This document shows, one piece after another, positions 26,356 to 35,116 of a stretch of 64,000 nucleotides of DNA. This DNA comes from Candidatus Omnitrophota bacterium (lineage in GTDB: Bacteria; Omnitrophota; Gorgyraeia; Tantalellales; Tantalellaceae): contig JADHWG010000002.1 in NCBI GenBank assembly GCA_016783605.1, forward strand, positions 107-64,106, given 5' to 3'. The position numbers and the translations under genes were made by a program. The notes under the pieces are model-generated. The model saw only the letters and a list, made by a program, of their open reading frames with translations, had not been told where the DNA came from and did no database searches. Position 1 is the stretch's first letter; each line of letters starts with the position of its first letter.

Positions 26356-26691
26356 ATGGAAATTAGCGTGGAGGAAAAAAAAGGGATATCGATCTTTAGG
26401 ATGACCGGAGACATCGACATCAATACCGCTCCGGAGTTGAAAACTTCTTTTGATGAGATGGCAAAGCGCTCGGGAATAAAGGTGATACTGAATTTAAAAA
26501 AAGTTGATTACGTGGATAGTTCCGGACTTGCCACGATGGTTGAAATTTTGAAAAAACTGCGCGATAATAACGGAAGTCTTAAAGTGACAAATCTTTCCGC
26601 GAAAGTTAAAGGGCTTTTTGAAATTACAAAGTTAACACAGCTTTTTGATATATTTAATGAAGAAGATGAAGCAGTTAATTCGTTTGGATAA
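26356..26691 (+). CDS. STAS-domain protein (anti-sigma-factor antagonist / MlaB-like) with a phosphorylatable DSSG motif
   Basis: 111 aa. FRMTGDIDINTAPELKTSFDEM...VDYVDSSGLATMVEIL has the SpoIIAA/RsbV fold signature, including the conserved phospho-Ser context D-S-S-G. Confidence 0.85.
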   Translation: MEISVEEKKGISIFRMTGDIDINTAPELKTSFDEMAKRSGIKVILNLKKVDYVDSSGLATMVEILKKLRDNNGSLKVTNLSAKVKGLFEITKLTQLFDIFNEEDEAVNSFG

Positions 26692-26750
26692 GGCGACAAT
26701 TGTTAGACTTTTAAGGAAAAATAAAAGAAAAACAAAAAAAGTTGTGACAA

Positions 26751-27548
26751 ATGACAAATCCGATAGTTGCTATTGGAAAAACTACCATCAATTTTTTTCA
26801 AAATGCTTCCAGTGTATTGTCTCTTTTGGCAACCACGATCTGGTGGTCGGTGTTTGGGCTCTTTAATCGCAAAGCATCAGGCAGCCAGAGTATTTTAAAC
26901 CAAATGGTGTTTGCCGGGGTACAATCTCTCCTTATAGTGTTTTTTATTTCCTTGTTTACAGGTGTTGTGATTGCCATGCAAAGCGCGTATCAGCTTAGAA
27001 CGCTTGGCGCGGTCATATACGTCGCGCCTATGGTTAGCATAAGTATGGTGAGGGAACTCGGTCCGGTTTTTACGGCGCTTATCGTGACCGGAAGAGTCGG
27101 CTCGGCAATAACCGCGGAACTGGGAACGATGAAAGTTTCCGAACAGATCGAGGCCTTGGAAACTATGGCGCTTAGTCCTGTTCGGTTTCTTATTGTGCCG
27201 CGGTTTTTGGCGCTTCTTGTTATGCTTCCGTGTCTTACGGTGATCAGTGATTTTGTGGGGATGTTGGGCGGACTTATCGTTGGAGTGTTTAATCTCGGGC
27301 TTGATCCTTACAGGTATGTGACTTTTTCCTTCAATTTTTTAACATGGAAAGATGTGTGGACGGGACTGGTGAAAAGTGTGGCTTTCGCGACGATCATTTC
27401 CATTATCGCTTGTTACGTTGGGCTTAAAACGCAAGGCGGTGCCGAAGGCGTCGGAAAGGCCACAACTTTGAGTGTTGTTGTCAGTTTTATTTTGATAGTG
27501 GTCTTCGATTGTATTTTGACCGGGCTATTTTATTTTTCCAACATGTGA
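26751..27548 (+). CDS. mlaE: ABC transporter permease MlaE
   Basis: 265-aa multi-TM protein with an MlaE-like conserved region (RELGPVFTALIVTGRVGSAITAELGTMKVSEQIEALETMA). Confidence 0.85.
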   Translation: MTNPIVAIGKTTINFFQNASSVLSLLATTIWWSVFGLFNRKASGSQSILNQMVFAGVQSLLIVFFISLFTGVVIAMQSAYQLRTLGAVIYVAPMVSISMVRELGPVFTALIVTGRVGSAITAELGTMKVSEQIEALETMALSPVRFLIVPRFLALLVMLPCLTVISDFVGMLGGLIVGVFNLGLDPYRYVTFSFNFLTWKDVWTGLVKSVAFATIISIIACYVGLKTQGGAEGVGKATTLSVVVSFILIVVFDCILTGLFYFSNM

Positions 27549-27614
27549 GGGGTCGGGGAGTTTTTTTTCGACCCCTCATCCTGAGCCAAGCGAAGGATCT
27601 CTCTTGTAGGTTGG
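27547..27614. repeat. Palindromic element family P4, left-type half copy (gaggggtcgggg...gacccctc hairpin followed by atcctgagccaagcgaaggatctct)
   Basis: Seen in sequence. It begins inside the mlaE stop codon (atgTGAggggtc). Confidence 0.8.
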
Positions 27615-27647
27615 AAAGTTCTTTTTACAAACGCGAATGGAAAGAGT

Positions 27648-28445
27648 ATGCGGGAAAAAGAAGTCGTAATTAGAATCGAAAATCTTGTTAAACGATTTCA
27701 GGGGCGGCCTGTTCTGGACGGTGTGAATCTCGAGATCCATAGGGGAGAGACGTTCGTTGTTATCGGCTCGACCGGATGCGGCAAGAGCACGCTTTTACGG
27801 AACATGATAGGCAGTCTTAAACCCGATTCCGGTAAAGTTTTTCTGCTCGGAAACGATATTACGGATCTTCATGAAGATGAACTTGACGATGTTAGGATGA
27901 AGATCGGTATGTCTTTTCAGTCTTCGGCGTTATTTGACTCGATGACCGTCGCGGAAAACGTATCGCTTGGTTTAATTGAACATACGCGTCTTCAGAAAAG
28001 TGTTATCGACATCATCGTAAAAATGAAACTTGAACTTGTCGGACTTCGCGGATTTGAAGACCTTATGCCAAGTGAACTTTCCGGCGGGATGCGCAAGCGT
28101 GTCGGTTTGGCTCGGGCAATTGCCATGGATCCGGAGATAGTTTTTTATGATGAGCCGACTTCCGGGCTTGATCCTATAACTCAAGGCGTGATAGACAAAC
28201 TCATAATAGATCTTTCAAAAAAACTTTCGATCACAAGCGTAGTTGTCACTCATGACATGAAAAGCGCCATGGCGATCGCGGATAAGATTGCCATGCTTTA
28301 TGACGGAAAAATTCTTGAGGTTGGCACCGGTTGTCAGATACAAAAATCCAAGAGCGAAATTGTTCAACAGTTTATAACGGGCTGTCACGACGGACCGATA
28401 CACTTTTTTAAACAAAAAGAAGATTATTTGGATCATTTGGTTTAA
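27648..28445 (+). CDS. mlaF: ABC transporter ATP-binding protein MlaF
   Basis: 265 aa. It has Walker A GSTGCGKST, the signature LSGGMRKRVGLARA and Walker B IVFYDEPTSGLD. Confidence 0.9.
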   Translation: MREKEVVIRIENLVKRFQGRPVLDGVNLEIHRGETFVVIGSTGCGKSTLLRNMIGSLKPDSGKVFLLGNDITDLHEDELDDVRMKIGMSFQSSALFDSMTVAENVSLGLIEHTRLQKSVIDIIVKMKLELVGLRGFEDLMPSELSGGMRKRVGLARAIAMDPEIVFYDEPTSGLDPITQGVIDKLIIDLSKKLSITSVVVTHDMKSAMAIADKIAMLYDGKILEVGTGCQIQKSKSEIVQQFITGCHDGPIHFFKQKEDYLDHLV

Positions 28446-28446
28446 T

Positions 28447-28516
28447 GAGGGGTCGGGGTGTTTTTCGACCCCTCATCCTGAAGCCCAAAGGGCTGAAGGA
28501 TCTCTATAGATCCTTT
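28447..28516. repeat. Palindromic element family P4, right-type copy (gaggggtcggggtgtttttcgacccctcatcctgaagcccaaagggctgaaggatctct)
   Basis: Seen in sequence directly after the mlaF stop. It matches the right arm of the intragenic element at 44407-44545. Confidence 0.8.
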
Positions 28517-28571
28517 TTGAAAATTAATCTGTCCTCTACAATTGAAACCAAAGTCTCATCAAGGAGAAAAC

Positions 28572-29165
28572 ATGAAATTTTCTAAGGAGATAAAAGCCGG
28601 AATAGTTGTAGTTGTCGCGGTCGCGGGATGTGTGGTGTTTTATGCCAAAACCACGAATATTCGCACCAGGACGTATGAACTGAAAACTTCTTTTACATAC
28701 GCCGGCAATTTGAAAGATAATGCCATCGTAAAACTTTCCGGAATAAATGTCGGGAGATTGAAACAGACGAGTTTTGTGTATGACCCCAAGACGAAAGTGG
28801 AATGTATTCTTGAACTTGACGACAAAGCCAAAATACGGAAAGACTCGATTGCCTATATCGGTTCGTCCGGACTTGTCGGAGACGTGCATATCGGAATTAC
28901 GGGAGGCGAGTCCAAAGAGTTTCTGAAAAATCATGATGTTGTGGATAGTGAAGATCCCGTCGAAACGCGTCTTTTAATGAAAAAAGCCGATTCCATCGCG
29001 AGTAATCTTGACAAAATACTTTTGGAAGTGAAAAATATCATCACCGATAATGAGCAAGGAATAAACGACATAGTGAAGAATATTGAATCGACTACCGAAA
29101 ATTTTAAAGAATTCAGCGAAGACCTTAAAAAGCACCCATGGAAATTGTTGTTTAAAGGAGATTGA
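28572..29165 (+). CDS. mlaD: MCE-domain substrate-binding protein MlaD
   Basis: Track ORF 28542-29165. ATG 28572, 6 nt after AAGGAG, is preferred. It has an N-terminal TM anchor followed by an MCE domain (VKLSGINVGRLKQ..). Confidence 0.75.
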   Translation: MKFSKEIKAGIVVVVAVAGCVVFYAKTTNIRTRTYELKTSFTYAGNLKDNAIVKLSGINVGRLKQTSFVYDPKTKVECILELDDKAKIRKDSIAYIGSSGLVGDVHIGITGGESKEFLKNHDVVDSEDPVETRLLMKKADSIASNLDKILLEVKNIITDNEQGINDIVKNIESTTENFKEFSEDLKKHPWKLLFKGD

Positions 29166-29179
29166 CGGCGCGAGTAATT

Positions 29180-31093
29180 ATGAGAAAATTTAATAAAGAA
29201 AAAGCCGGTTACATAGCGGTGATCGTGTTTATCGCGATATTGCTTCTTTCGATCTCATACTTAAGAATATTCGATGATTTTGAATACAGCACACTTGACT
29301 TCAGGTTCAAATCCCGCGTTTCCCAAAGGGTAGATAAAGATATCGTGATCGTTCGTATTGACGATGACTCCATAAAAAAATTGGGAGGGTGGCCTTTCCT
29401 TAGGAATTATCACGCTCTTTTAGTGAAGGTTCTGGCGGCCAATGGAGCTAAAACGGTTGTTTTTGATGTGTTTTTCAGTGAAGATAAGCCCGGGGATAAC
29501 GAGTTCGCCAAAGCGATCAAAAACGCGGGAATAGTTTATTTGCCGTACATCTTCGATCTGGAGAAAAAAGTGACCGGAGTCAAAGGCATGCGTGTTGTTG
29601 GTTTTGTCGCTCCGCTTGTTGACATTTTAAAAAAGGTCGCCAAAGGAACCGGGTTCATAAATATAGAACCTGATGTTGACGGAAAAATTCGACGAATTAC
29701 TCCATTCATCTCATACGAAGATAACCTGTATCCCAATCTGACGGTGCTCGCGGCAATCAACGATTTGGGATATCGATTCGATGAAGCAACCATTATTCCC
29801 GGCAAAAGGATCATTCTGGATAAAGAAAAGTTCATCCCACTGGACGAGAACTCGTCGATTATGGTTAATTATCCCGCGAAATGGGGAAAAGGATTCAGGC
29901 ATTATTCCTATGTTGAAGTTTTGGAGTCTTATCTATCGGAAGTTACCGGGCGTACCGCGCAAATAGATTTAAGCGAGTTTAAGGGGAAGGTATGTTTTGT
30001 GGGGCTTGCGGCTTCGACCGCTCGCGATACTAATCCATCTCCGCTGGAAACTTTTTATCCGGGAGTCGGAGTTAATGCCAGTGTGTATAACAGTATTGTT
30101 CAGAGTAGGTTTATTCAGCGTTTGAATAAATGGTGGAATCTTCTGATACTCTTGGCAATGTGGTGTGCTGTAGCATATATCGCGGGAAAAGTTCGTAAGA
30201 GATTCGGTCTTATTTCCATTCTTCTGGTGATGGTGGTATACGCGGGGCTCGCAATGATCTTTTTCTGGCCGTTCGGGATTTGGATAGACGTTTTTTATCC
30301 TCTTGTAAGTCTGATCACAGTTTACGTGATCTTTATGTTTAGGAAATATGTTACGGAAATCAGAAAAAGAGAAACTATTGAAAAAGAACTTAATATTGCG
30401 AAAGACATTCAGCGAAGTTTTCTGCCCGTAGAAATTCCTTCACTTCCGGGGATGGATATAGCCGCGGAAATGCTAACGGCTCACCAGGTCGGCGGAGATC
30501 TTTACGATATGGTGCGTTTCGGAAAAGATAAGATCGGGGTAATGATCGGAGACGTGTCCGGGAAAGGTGTTCCGGCGGCGCTTTATATGGCGAGGGTTGT
30601 AAGCATATTTAAAACTTTCGCACGTGAAGTTTCTCCCGGAGAAGTGCTAAAAAATATTAATGATCATCTTGTCGATGAATCCGGCAATAATCTTTTTGTG
30701 ACACTAACCTATATGATATTTGACGCGAAGAAAAAGACCGTGAAATACGCTATAGGCGGGCATCCGCCCGCTATTATGATGGATCCCGCCGGCGAGATAA
30801 AGCTTCTTCAAACCGACGAAGGTATGCCTTTGGGGCTTGTTCAGGGAAATTTCACCGAGAACGAAACTTCTTACAAGCCGGGAAGCGTTTTTGTTTTATA
30901 TACCGATGGTGTGACCGAAGCTATGGATGTTAAGGAAGAGATGTTTGGACAGGAAAAACTCAAAGAACTTGTAAAAGCTCATAAGGGATGTTCTTCCAAG
31001 GAAATAATTTCACTATTGCAAAAAGCTATCTCTGATTATGCCGGAGGAGCTTTTCAGCACGATGATATTACGATCGTCACAATTCGCGTGTAA
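29180..31093 (+). CDS. CHASE2 extracytoplasmic sensor fused to a PP2C/SpoIIE-type Ser/Thr phosphatase (RsbU-like)
   Basis: Track ORF 29162-31093; ATG 29180 is preferred. It has an N-terminal TM helix, a CHASE2-like periplasmic region of about 300 aa, 3 TM helices, then PP2C motifs (GGDLYDM, IGDVSGKGVPAALYMA, YTDGVTEA, HDDITIV). Confidence 0.85.
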   Translation: MRKFNKEKAGYIAVIVFIAILLLSISYLRIFDDFEYSTLDFRFKSRVSQRVDKDIVIVRIDDDSIKKLGGWPFLRNYHALLVKVLAANGAKTVVFDVFFSEDKPGDNEFAKAIKNAGIVYLPYIFDLEKKVTGVKGMRVVGFVAPLVDILKKVAKGTGFINIEPDVDGKIRRITPFISYEDNLYPNLTVLAAINDLGYRFDEATIIPGKRIILDKEKFIPLDENSSIMVNYPAKWGKGFRHYSYVEVLESYLSEVTGRTAQIDLSEFKGKVCFVGLAASTARDTNPSPLETFYPGVGVNASVYNSIVQSRFIQRLNKWWNLLILLAMWCAVAYIAGKVRKRFGLISILLVMVVYAGLAMIFFWPFGIWIDVFYPLVSLITVYVIFMFRKYVTEIRKRETIEKELNIAKDIQRSFLPVEIPSLPGMDIAAEMLTAHQVGGDLYDMVRFGKDKIGVMIGDVSGKGVPAALYMARVVSIFKTFAREVSPGEVLKNINDHLVDESGNNLFVTLTYMIFDAKKKTVKYAIGGHPPAIMMDPAGEIKLLQTDEGMPLGLVQGNFTENETSYKPGSVFVLYTDGVTEAMDVKEEMFGQEKLKELVKAHKGCSSKEIISLLQKAISDYAGGAFQHDDITIVTIRV

Positions 31094-31123
31094 AAAAATG
31101 ACACTTAACAACGAAAGAACAAC

Positions 31124-32752
31124 ATGGATTTAAAATTAAAAAAATTAAAAAATTTTACACCAAGAAAAGGTCCTCTCCTGCTTATCATAATGGATGGAGT
31201 GGGGTTGGGCCGCCCGGATGAATCGAACGCGGTGTTTTTGGCGAATACGCCTTGTTTGGATAAATTGTTTAAAAGCCCTCTTTTTACAAAACTCACCGCG
31301 CATGGAACCAGTGTCGGGCTCCCGTCCGATGAGGATATGGGAAACAGTGAAGTAGGGCATAACGCGCTTGGAGCCGGAAGAGTTTTCGCTCAAGGAGCGA
31401 AAAGAGTGGAAGACGCTATTGAAGACGGAAGCGTATTTAAGCGAAAAGAATGGAAAAAACTCGCCGAAGGAGTGAAAAAAAACGGCGGTGCGTTTCATTT
31501 TATCGGTCTTTTATCCGACGGGAACGTTCATTCACATATTGATCAACTGCTCGCGATGATAGATCAACTTGCCAAAGAAAACGTTCAGCGCGCGCGTGTT
31601 CACGCGCTTCTTGACGGGCGTGACGTCGGTGAAAAATCCGCTTTAAGTTACATCGAAAAAACGGAAAAAGTGTTAGCTCGAATTCGCCAAGAAAAGGGAT
31701 ATGATTATAGAATTGCTTCCGGCGGCGGCAGAATGGTTACGACGATGGACAGATATAATGCCGATTGGAGTGTTGTGAAAAACGGGTGGGACACGCATGT
31801 TTTGGGACTTGGTCGGCAGTTTTCTTCCGCGAAAGAGGCGGTAGAAACTTATTATAAAGAAGATCCGAACATTACCGATCAATATTTACCGTCTTTTGTG
31901 ATAGCGGAAAATTCAAAACCTGTCGGATGTATAAAAGACGGTGATTCGGTTGTGTGTTTTAATTTTAGAGGCGACCGCGCGATAGAAATTTCGCGAGCGT
32001 TCGAAGAAAAAGATTTTAAAGAGTTCGATCGCGTAAGATTCCCGAACGTTTTGTATGCCGGAATGATGGAATATGACGGCGACTTGCATATCCCGAAACA
32101 TTTTCTTGTGAACCCGCCGAAGATCGACAGAACCGTAAGTGAATATTTATGCGCGGCAGGAGTGAAAATGTTCGCGATTTCCGAAACTCAAAAGTTCGGA
32201 CATGTAACATACTTTTGGAACGGGAATAAATCAGGATATATCTCGCGCGACTTGGAAGAATATGTTGAGATCCCGTCCGACAAAGTGCGGTTTGATAAAA
32301 CCCCGGCGATGAAGGCTCCGGAGATCACAAAAAAAACCATTGAACTTTTAAAAAGCGGTAAATTTGTTTTCGGCAGACTTAATTTCCCAAACGGTGACAT
32401 GGTAGGGCATACCGCCGAGCCGAAAGCCATAATAAGCGCGATGGAAGCGGTTGATTCCTCTGTTCAGAAACTTTTGGAAGTTATTAAAGAACTTGGAGGG
32501 ATCGCGTTAATTACCGCCGATCACGGCAATTCCGAAGAAATGTTCACAATTACCGGCGGCAAAAAATTCCCGAAAACGTCACACACTCTAAACCCCGTCC
32601 CATTCGTTATCTACGACCCCGCTTACGCCGGAGAATATAAAATGAGAAACCTCTCCAAACAAGGCCTCTCAAACGTAGCCGGCACCATCCTGAACCTCTT
32701 AGGCTACGAAAACGTAAAAGACTACGACCCGTCACTGATAGAGTTCAAATAA
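31124..32752 (+). CDS. gpmI: 2,3-bisphosphoglycerate-independent phosphoglycerate mutase
   Basis: 542 aa. LIIMDGVGLG and DGRD motifs mark the metalloenzyme iPGM/AlkP-core family. Confidence 0.9.
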   Translation: MDLKLKKLKNFTPRKGPLLLIIMDGVGLGRPDESNAVFLANTPCLDKLFKSPLFTKLTAHGTSVGLPSDEDMGNSEVGHNALGAGRVFAQGAKRVEDAIEDGSVFKRKEWKKLAEGVKKNGGAFHFIGLLSDGNVHSHIDQLLAMIDQLAKENVQRARVHALLDGRDVGEKSALSYIEKTEKVLARIRQEKGYDYRIASGGGRMVTTMDRYNADWSVVKNGWDTHVLGLGRQFSSAKEAVETYYKEDPNITDQYLPSFVIAENSKPVGCIKDGDSVVCFNFRGDRAIEISRAFEEKDFKEFDRVRFPNVLYAGMMEYDGDLHIPKHFLVNPPKIDRTVSEYLCAAGVKMFAISETQKFGHVTYFWNGNKSGYISRDLEEYVEIPSDKVRFDKTPAMKAPEITKKTIELLKSGKFVFGRLNFPNGDMVGHTAEPKAIISAMEAVDSSVQKLLEVIKELGGIALITADHGNSEEMFTITGGKKFPKTSHTLNPVPFVIYDPAYAGEYKMRNLSKQGLSNVAGTILNLLGYENVKDYDPSLIEFK

Positions 32753-32778
32753 AGACAGCAGCAACGACTCCCTATCTG

Positions 32779-32875
32779 TTTTGAATAAAACTTGACACGT
32801 GGTATCAAATGCGGTACCATATGTTAGAAATCAAAACTTGCATAAAGGTTCCATATATGGTACCTTTGTAGGGGG
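32779..32875 (+). promoter_or_regulatory. hicAB promoter (TTGACA-17-TACCAT) whose -10 overlaps the left arm of a palindrome ggtaccatat...atatggtacc (32813-32822 and 32855-32864), a putative HicB operator
   Basis: Seen in sequence. The right arm ends 17 nt before the hicA start. Confidence 0.45.
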
Positions 32876-32881
32876 AGAGAG

Positions 32882-33145
32882 ATGTCCAGAGTAGAGAAAT
32901 TATACAACAAAGCTAAAGAGTCTCCCAATAATTTGTCTTTTTCGGACTTGTGTCTATTGTTGGAAAAAGTAGGGTTTGAGTTTAAAAGGCAGAAGGGTTC
33001 CCATAGGACTTTTAAGCACCCTCAGATTAAAAACATAGACAGTATACAAGAAATACAAAATGTTAAGGGAAAAGCGAAAGCATATCAGGTCAGGCAAGTT
33101 CTTGACAAAATAGATAGACACAATCTATATCGGGGGAGGGAATAA
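32882..33145 (+). CDS. hicA: HicA-family mRNA interferase toxin
   Basis: 87 aa. LSFSDLCLLLEKVGFEFKRQKGSHRTFKHP matches the HicA/YcfA dsRBD-like toxin signature, including the catalytic GSH. Confidence 0.8.
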   Translation: MSRVEKLYNKAKESPNNLSFSDLCLLLEKVGFEFKRQKGSHRTFKHPQIKNIDSIQEIQNVKGKAKAYQVRQVLDKIDRHNLYRGRE

Positions 33146-33147
33146 AA

Positions 33148-33645
33148 ATGGTTAAATATTCCGTAAGTATAACTTGGAGCGAAGAGGATGAGGGATTTAT
33201 TGCGATAGTTCCTGAGCTTAACGGCTTATCTGCTTTTGGTAAAACGTACAAAGAAGCTTCTGAAGAAATTGAAGTTGCTATTGAGAATTTTTTAAAAACA
33301 CTGAAGGATGAAAAAATTCCTATTCCAAAGCCTAAAAAACTTGAAGAATATAGCGGTCAAACAAGACTTAGGATGCCGAAAAAATTACATAGAATTTTGA
33401 CTAGTGACGCGTCAAATGAAGGAGTGTCTCTAAACGCGTATATGGTTTTTCTTCTGACGATGCATGCAAATGTTCATCGCCAGATAAAAGATTCATTGTG
33501 GCTTGACAAAATATTCCCCGATTTTACTAGCGAAAGCAGTGAGTCATTTCAAGAAGAATTTGGTGATTCTCAGGCAACGCCAGTTAGCGATGATCAAGAA
33601 AATTATGTTGATATGATGAAACCAAAGGAGAAAGTGACATGGTAA
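33148..33645 (+). CDS. hicB: HicB-family antitoxin (RNase H-like fold plus C-terminal RHH/HTH region)
   Basis: 165 aa starting 3 nt after hicA. YSVSITWSEEDEGFIAIVPELNGLSAFGKTYKEASEEIEVAIENFL is a typical HicB N-domain. Confidence 0.8.
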   Translation: MVKYSVSITWSEEDEGFIAIVPELNGLSAFGKTYKEASEEIEVAIENFLKTLKDEKIPIPKPKKLEEYSGQTRLRMPKKLHRILTSDASNEGVSLNAYMVFLLTMHANVHRQIKDSLWLDKIFPDFTSESSESFQEEFGDSQATPVSDDQENYVDMMKPKEKVTW

Positions 33646-34040
33646 AAAATATAAGGAATATTTTGTGTTTAAGTATCATAACTTCAAAAGAAACAAATAC
33701 GGTTAGCTACATAAACAGTATAGAAGAGCTTGGCGTGCCAAAACTTCCAATGAATCTACCTTCATTTCAATTAGGAACTTTATGGCAAAAGAGTAAGGCT
33801 GGAGATGTCGCCCTAAAAATGCGAATCAAATTAAAAAATCCTTCAGGAAAAATCGAACAAACATTTGATATCCCTGAAATTAATATAAAAACCAAACGGT
33901 ACAGGTATAATCTGAGTTTTGGGGGATTACTGGTAAAAGAAGAAGGAACGTATGTTTTTATTGTTGAATTTTTAGGAAAAAATAAGTGGGAAATTGCTTC
34001 AGAAGTTCCGTTGGAAATACGAATTTTAAAAAACAAATAA
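33639..34040 (+). CDS. Hypothetical protein (133 aa) translationally coupled to hicB
   Basis: Its ATG overlaps the hicB stop by 7 nt. It has no recognisable motif and is predicted beta-rich. Confidence 0.4.
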   Translation: MVKNIRNILCLSIITSKETNTVSYINSIEELGVPKLPMNLPSFQLGTLWQKSKAGDVALKMRIKLKNPSGKIEQTFDIPEINIKTKRYRYNLSFGGLLVKEEGTYVFIVEFLGKNKWEIASEVPLEIRILKNK

Positions 34041-34166
34041 CATGTCTATTGCATATTAAGCACTTTGTACTAACAATAACTTTCTATTTTGCTATTTTTG
34101 TACAAGTCCTTCGGCGCGTTCACTTCGTTCACTTGCTCAGGATCAAAATTCGACTTTGTCGAATTT

Positions 34167-34242
34167 TGGTGGAGCTGAGGGGGCTCGAACCCCTGACCTC
34201 ATGCATGCCATGCACGCGCTCTCCCAGCTGAGCTACAGCCCC
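34167..34242 (-). tRNA. tRNA-Ala (anticodon GGC) with encoded CCA
   Basis: The reverse complement folds as ggggctg-ta-gctcagctgggagagc-g-cgtgc-atGGCat-gcatg-aggtc-aggggttcgagcccct-cagctcc-a-cca. It has the G3:U70 alanine identity pair, U33 and A37. Confidence 0.9.
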
Positions 34243-34310
34243 ACATAATAATGTATTCCGTTCCACCCAAAAACACCAACCTCGTAGGTTGGTGTTTTTG
34301 GGTGGATTTC

Positions 34311-34339
34311 AATATAGCATCGAGTTTGAGCACTGTCAA
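34311..34339 (-). promoter_or_regulatory. Consensus sigma70 promoter (TTGACA-17-TATATT) for tRNA-Ala, divergent from the tRNA-Leu promoter
   Basis: The reverse complement reads ttgaca gtgctcaaactcgatgc tatatt. A 40-nt P1-type hairpin (ccacccaaaaacaccaacctacgaggttggtgtttttgggtgg) lies between the -10 and the mature tRNA 5' end. Confidence 0.55.
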
Positions 34340-34350
34340 CAGTTTTTGGC

Positions 34351-34379
34351 TTGACTAATTGGGCGAGTAATATTAGAAT
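34351..34379 (+). promoter_or_regulatory. Sigma70 promoter (TTGACT-17-TAGAAT) 17 nt upstream of tRNA-Leu
   Basis: Seen: ttgact aattgggcgagtaatat tagaat. Confidence 0.6.
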
Positions 34380-34396
34380 TACTTTCGTTTAAATAA

Positions 34397-34485
34397 GCCG
34401 GAGTGGCGAAACTGGCAGACGCGCTGGATTCAAAATCCAGTGGGACTTAACTCCCGTGTGGGTCCGACTCCCACCTCCGGCACCA
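34397..34485 (+). tRNA. tRNA-Leu (anticodon CAA), type II with long variable arm and encoded CCA
   Basis: Acceptor gccggag pairs with ctccggc. The anticodon stem ctgga/tccag has loop ttCAAaa. The long variable arm is tgggacttaactcccgtg and the T stem is gtggg/cccac. Confidence 0.85.
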
Positions 34486-34681
34486 TTTTAATGAATAGGG
34501 GTAACTATTCCTATTTATTGAGTTTTTTCACTTTTTTTATTGACAAACCACCTTATTGAAAATATACTTTTTAAAGCTGTGGCGTGTTGCCGGGCACCTT
34601 GTAATATCTTTATTCCAACAAGGGGGGGTTTTCACTCTGTTTTTTATAAACCCTCTGAATTAAAAAAATGGAGTTAACAAA

Positions 34682-35110
34682 ATGATAGAAGCAAGAAAAG
34701 AGTCTTTCGGTCCGCATTTGATGCTGGATCTGAATCATTGTAATAAGGACAAACTTAAAGATTACAACTTGATATTTGATGTTTTGTATGACCTTCCGGA
34801 AAAAATAGGTATGACCAAGATCACTCAGCCCTATGTTTTTCCTTATTCCGGTTTGGTTCCGGAAGATAAAGGTATAACCGGAACCGTGATCATTGCCGAG
34901 AGTCATATCTCGATACATTCCTTTCAGGAAAAAGATTTTTGTTTTGTGGATGTGTTTTCTTGTAAAGATTTTGATGTCGAATTCGCGGCGGATTATCTGA
35001 TCAATGCTTTTGAGTCTAAAAAGTATGAGAAGCACATTATAGGTAGAGGTAAAGATTTTGTGAGGTATAGTTCACGGGAAAAAATGGCAGAGCAGTTGAC
35101 GGGAATTTGA
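34682..35110 (+). CDS. speH: S-adenosylmethionine decarboxylase proenzyme (small, pyruvoyl-dependent class 1)
   Basis: 142 aa. GPHLMLDLNHCN...VIIAESHISIHSF includes the ES/HS self-cleavage site motif of bacterial/archaeal AdoMetDC. Confidence 0.85.
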   Translation: MIEARKESFGPHLMLDLNHCNKDKLKDYNLIFDVLYDLPEKIGMTKITQPYVFPYSGLVPEDKGITGTVIIAESHISIHSFQEKDFCFVDVFSCKDFDVEFAADYLINAFESKKYEKHIIGRGKDFVRYSSREKMAEQLTGI

Positions 35111-35116
35111 ATATAA

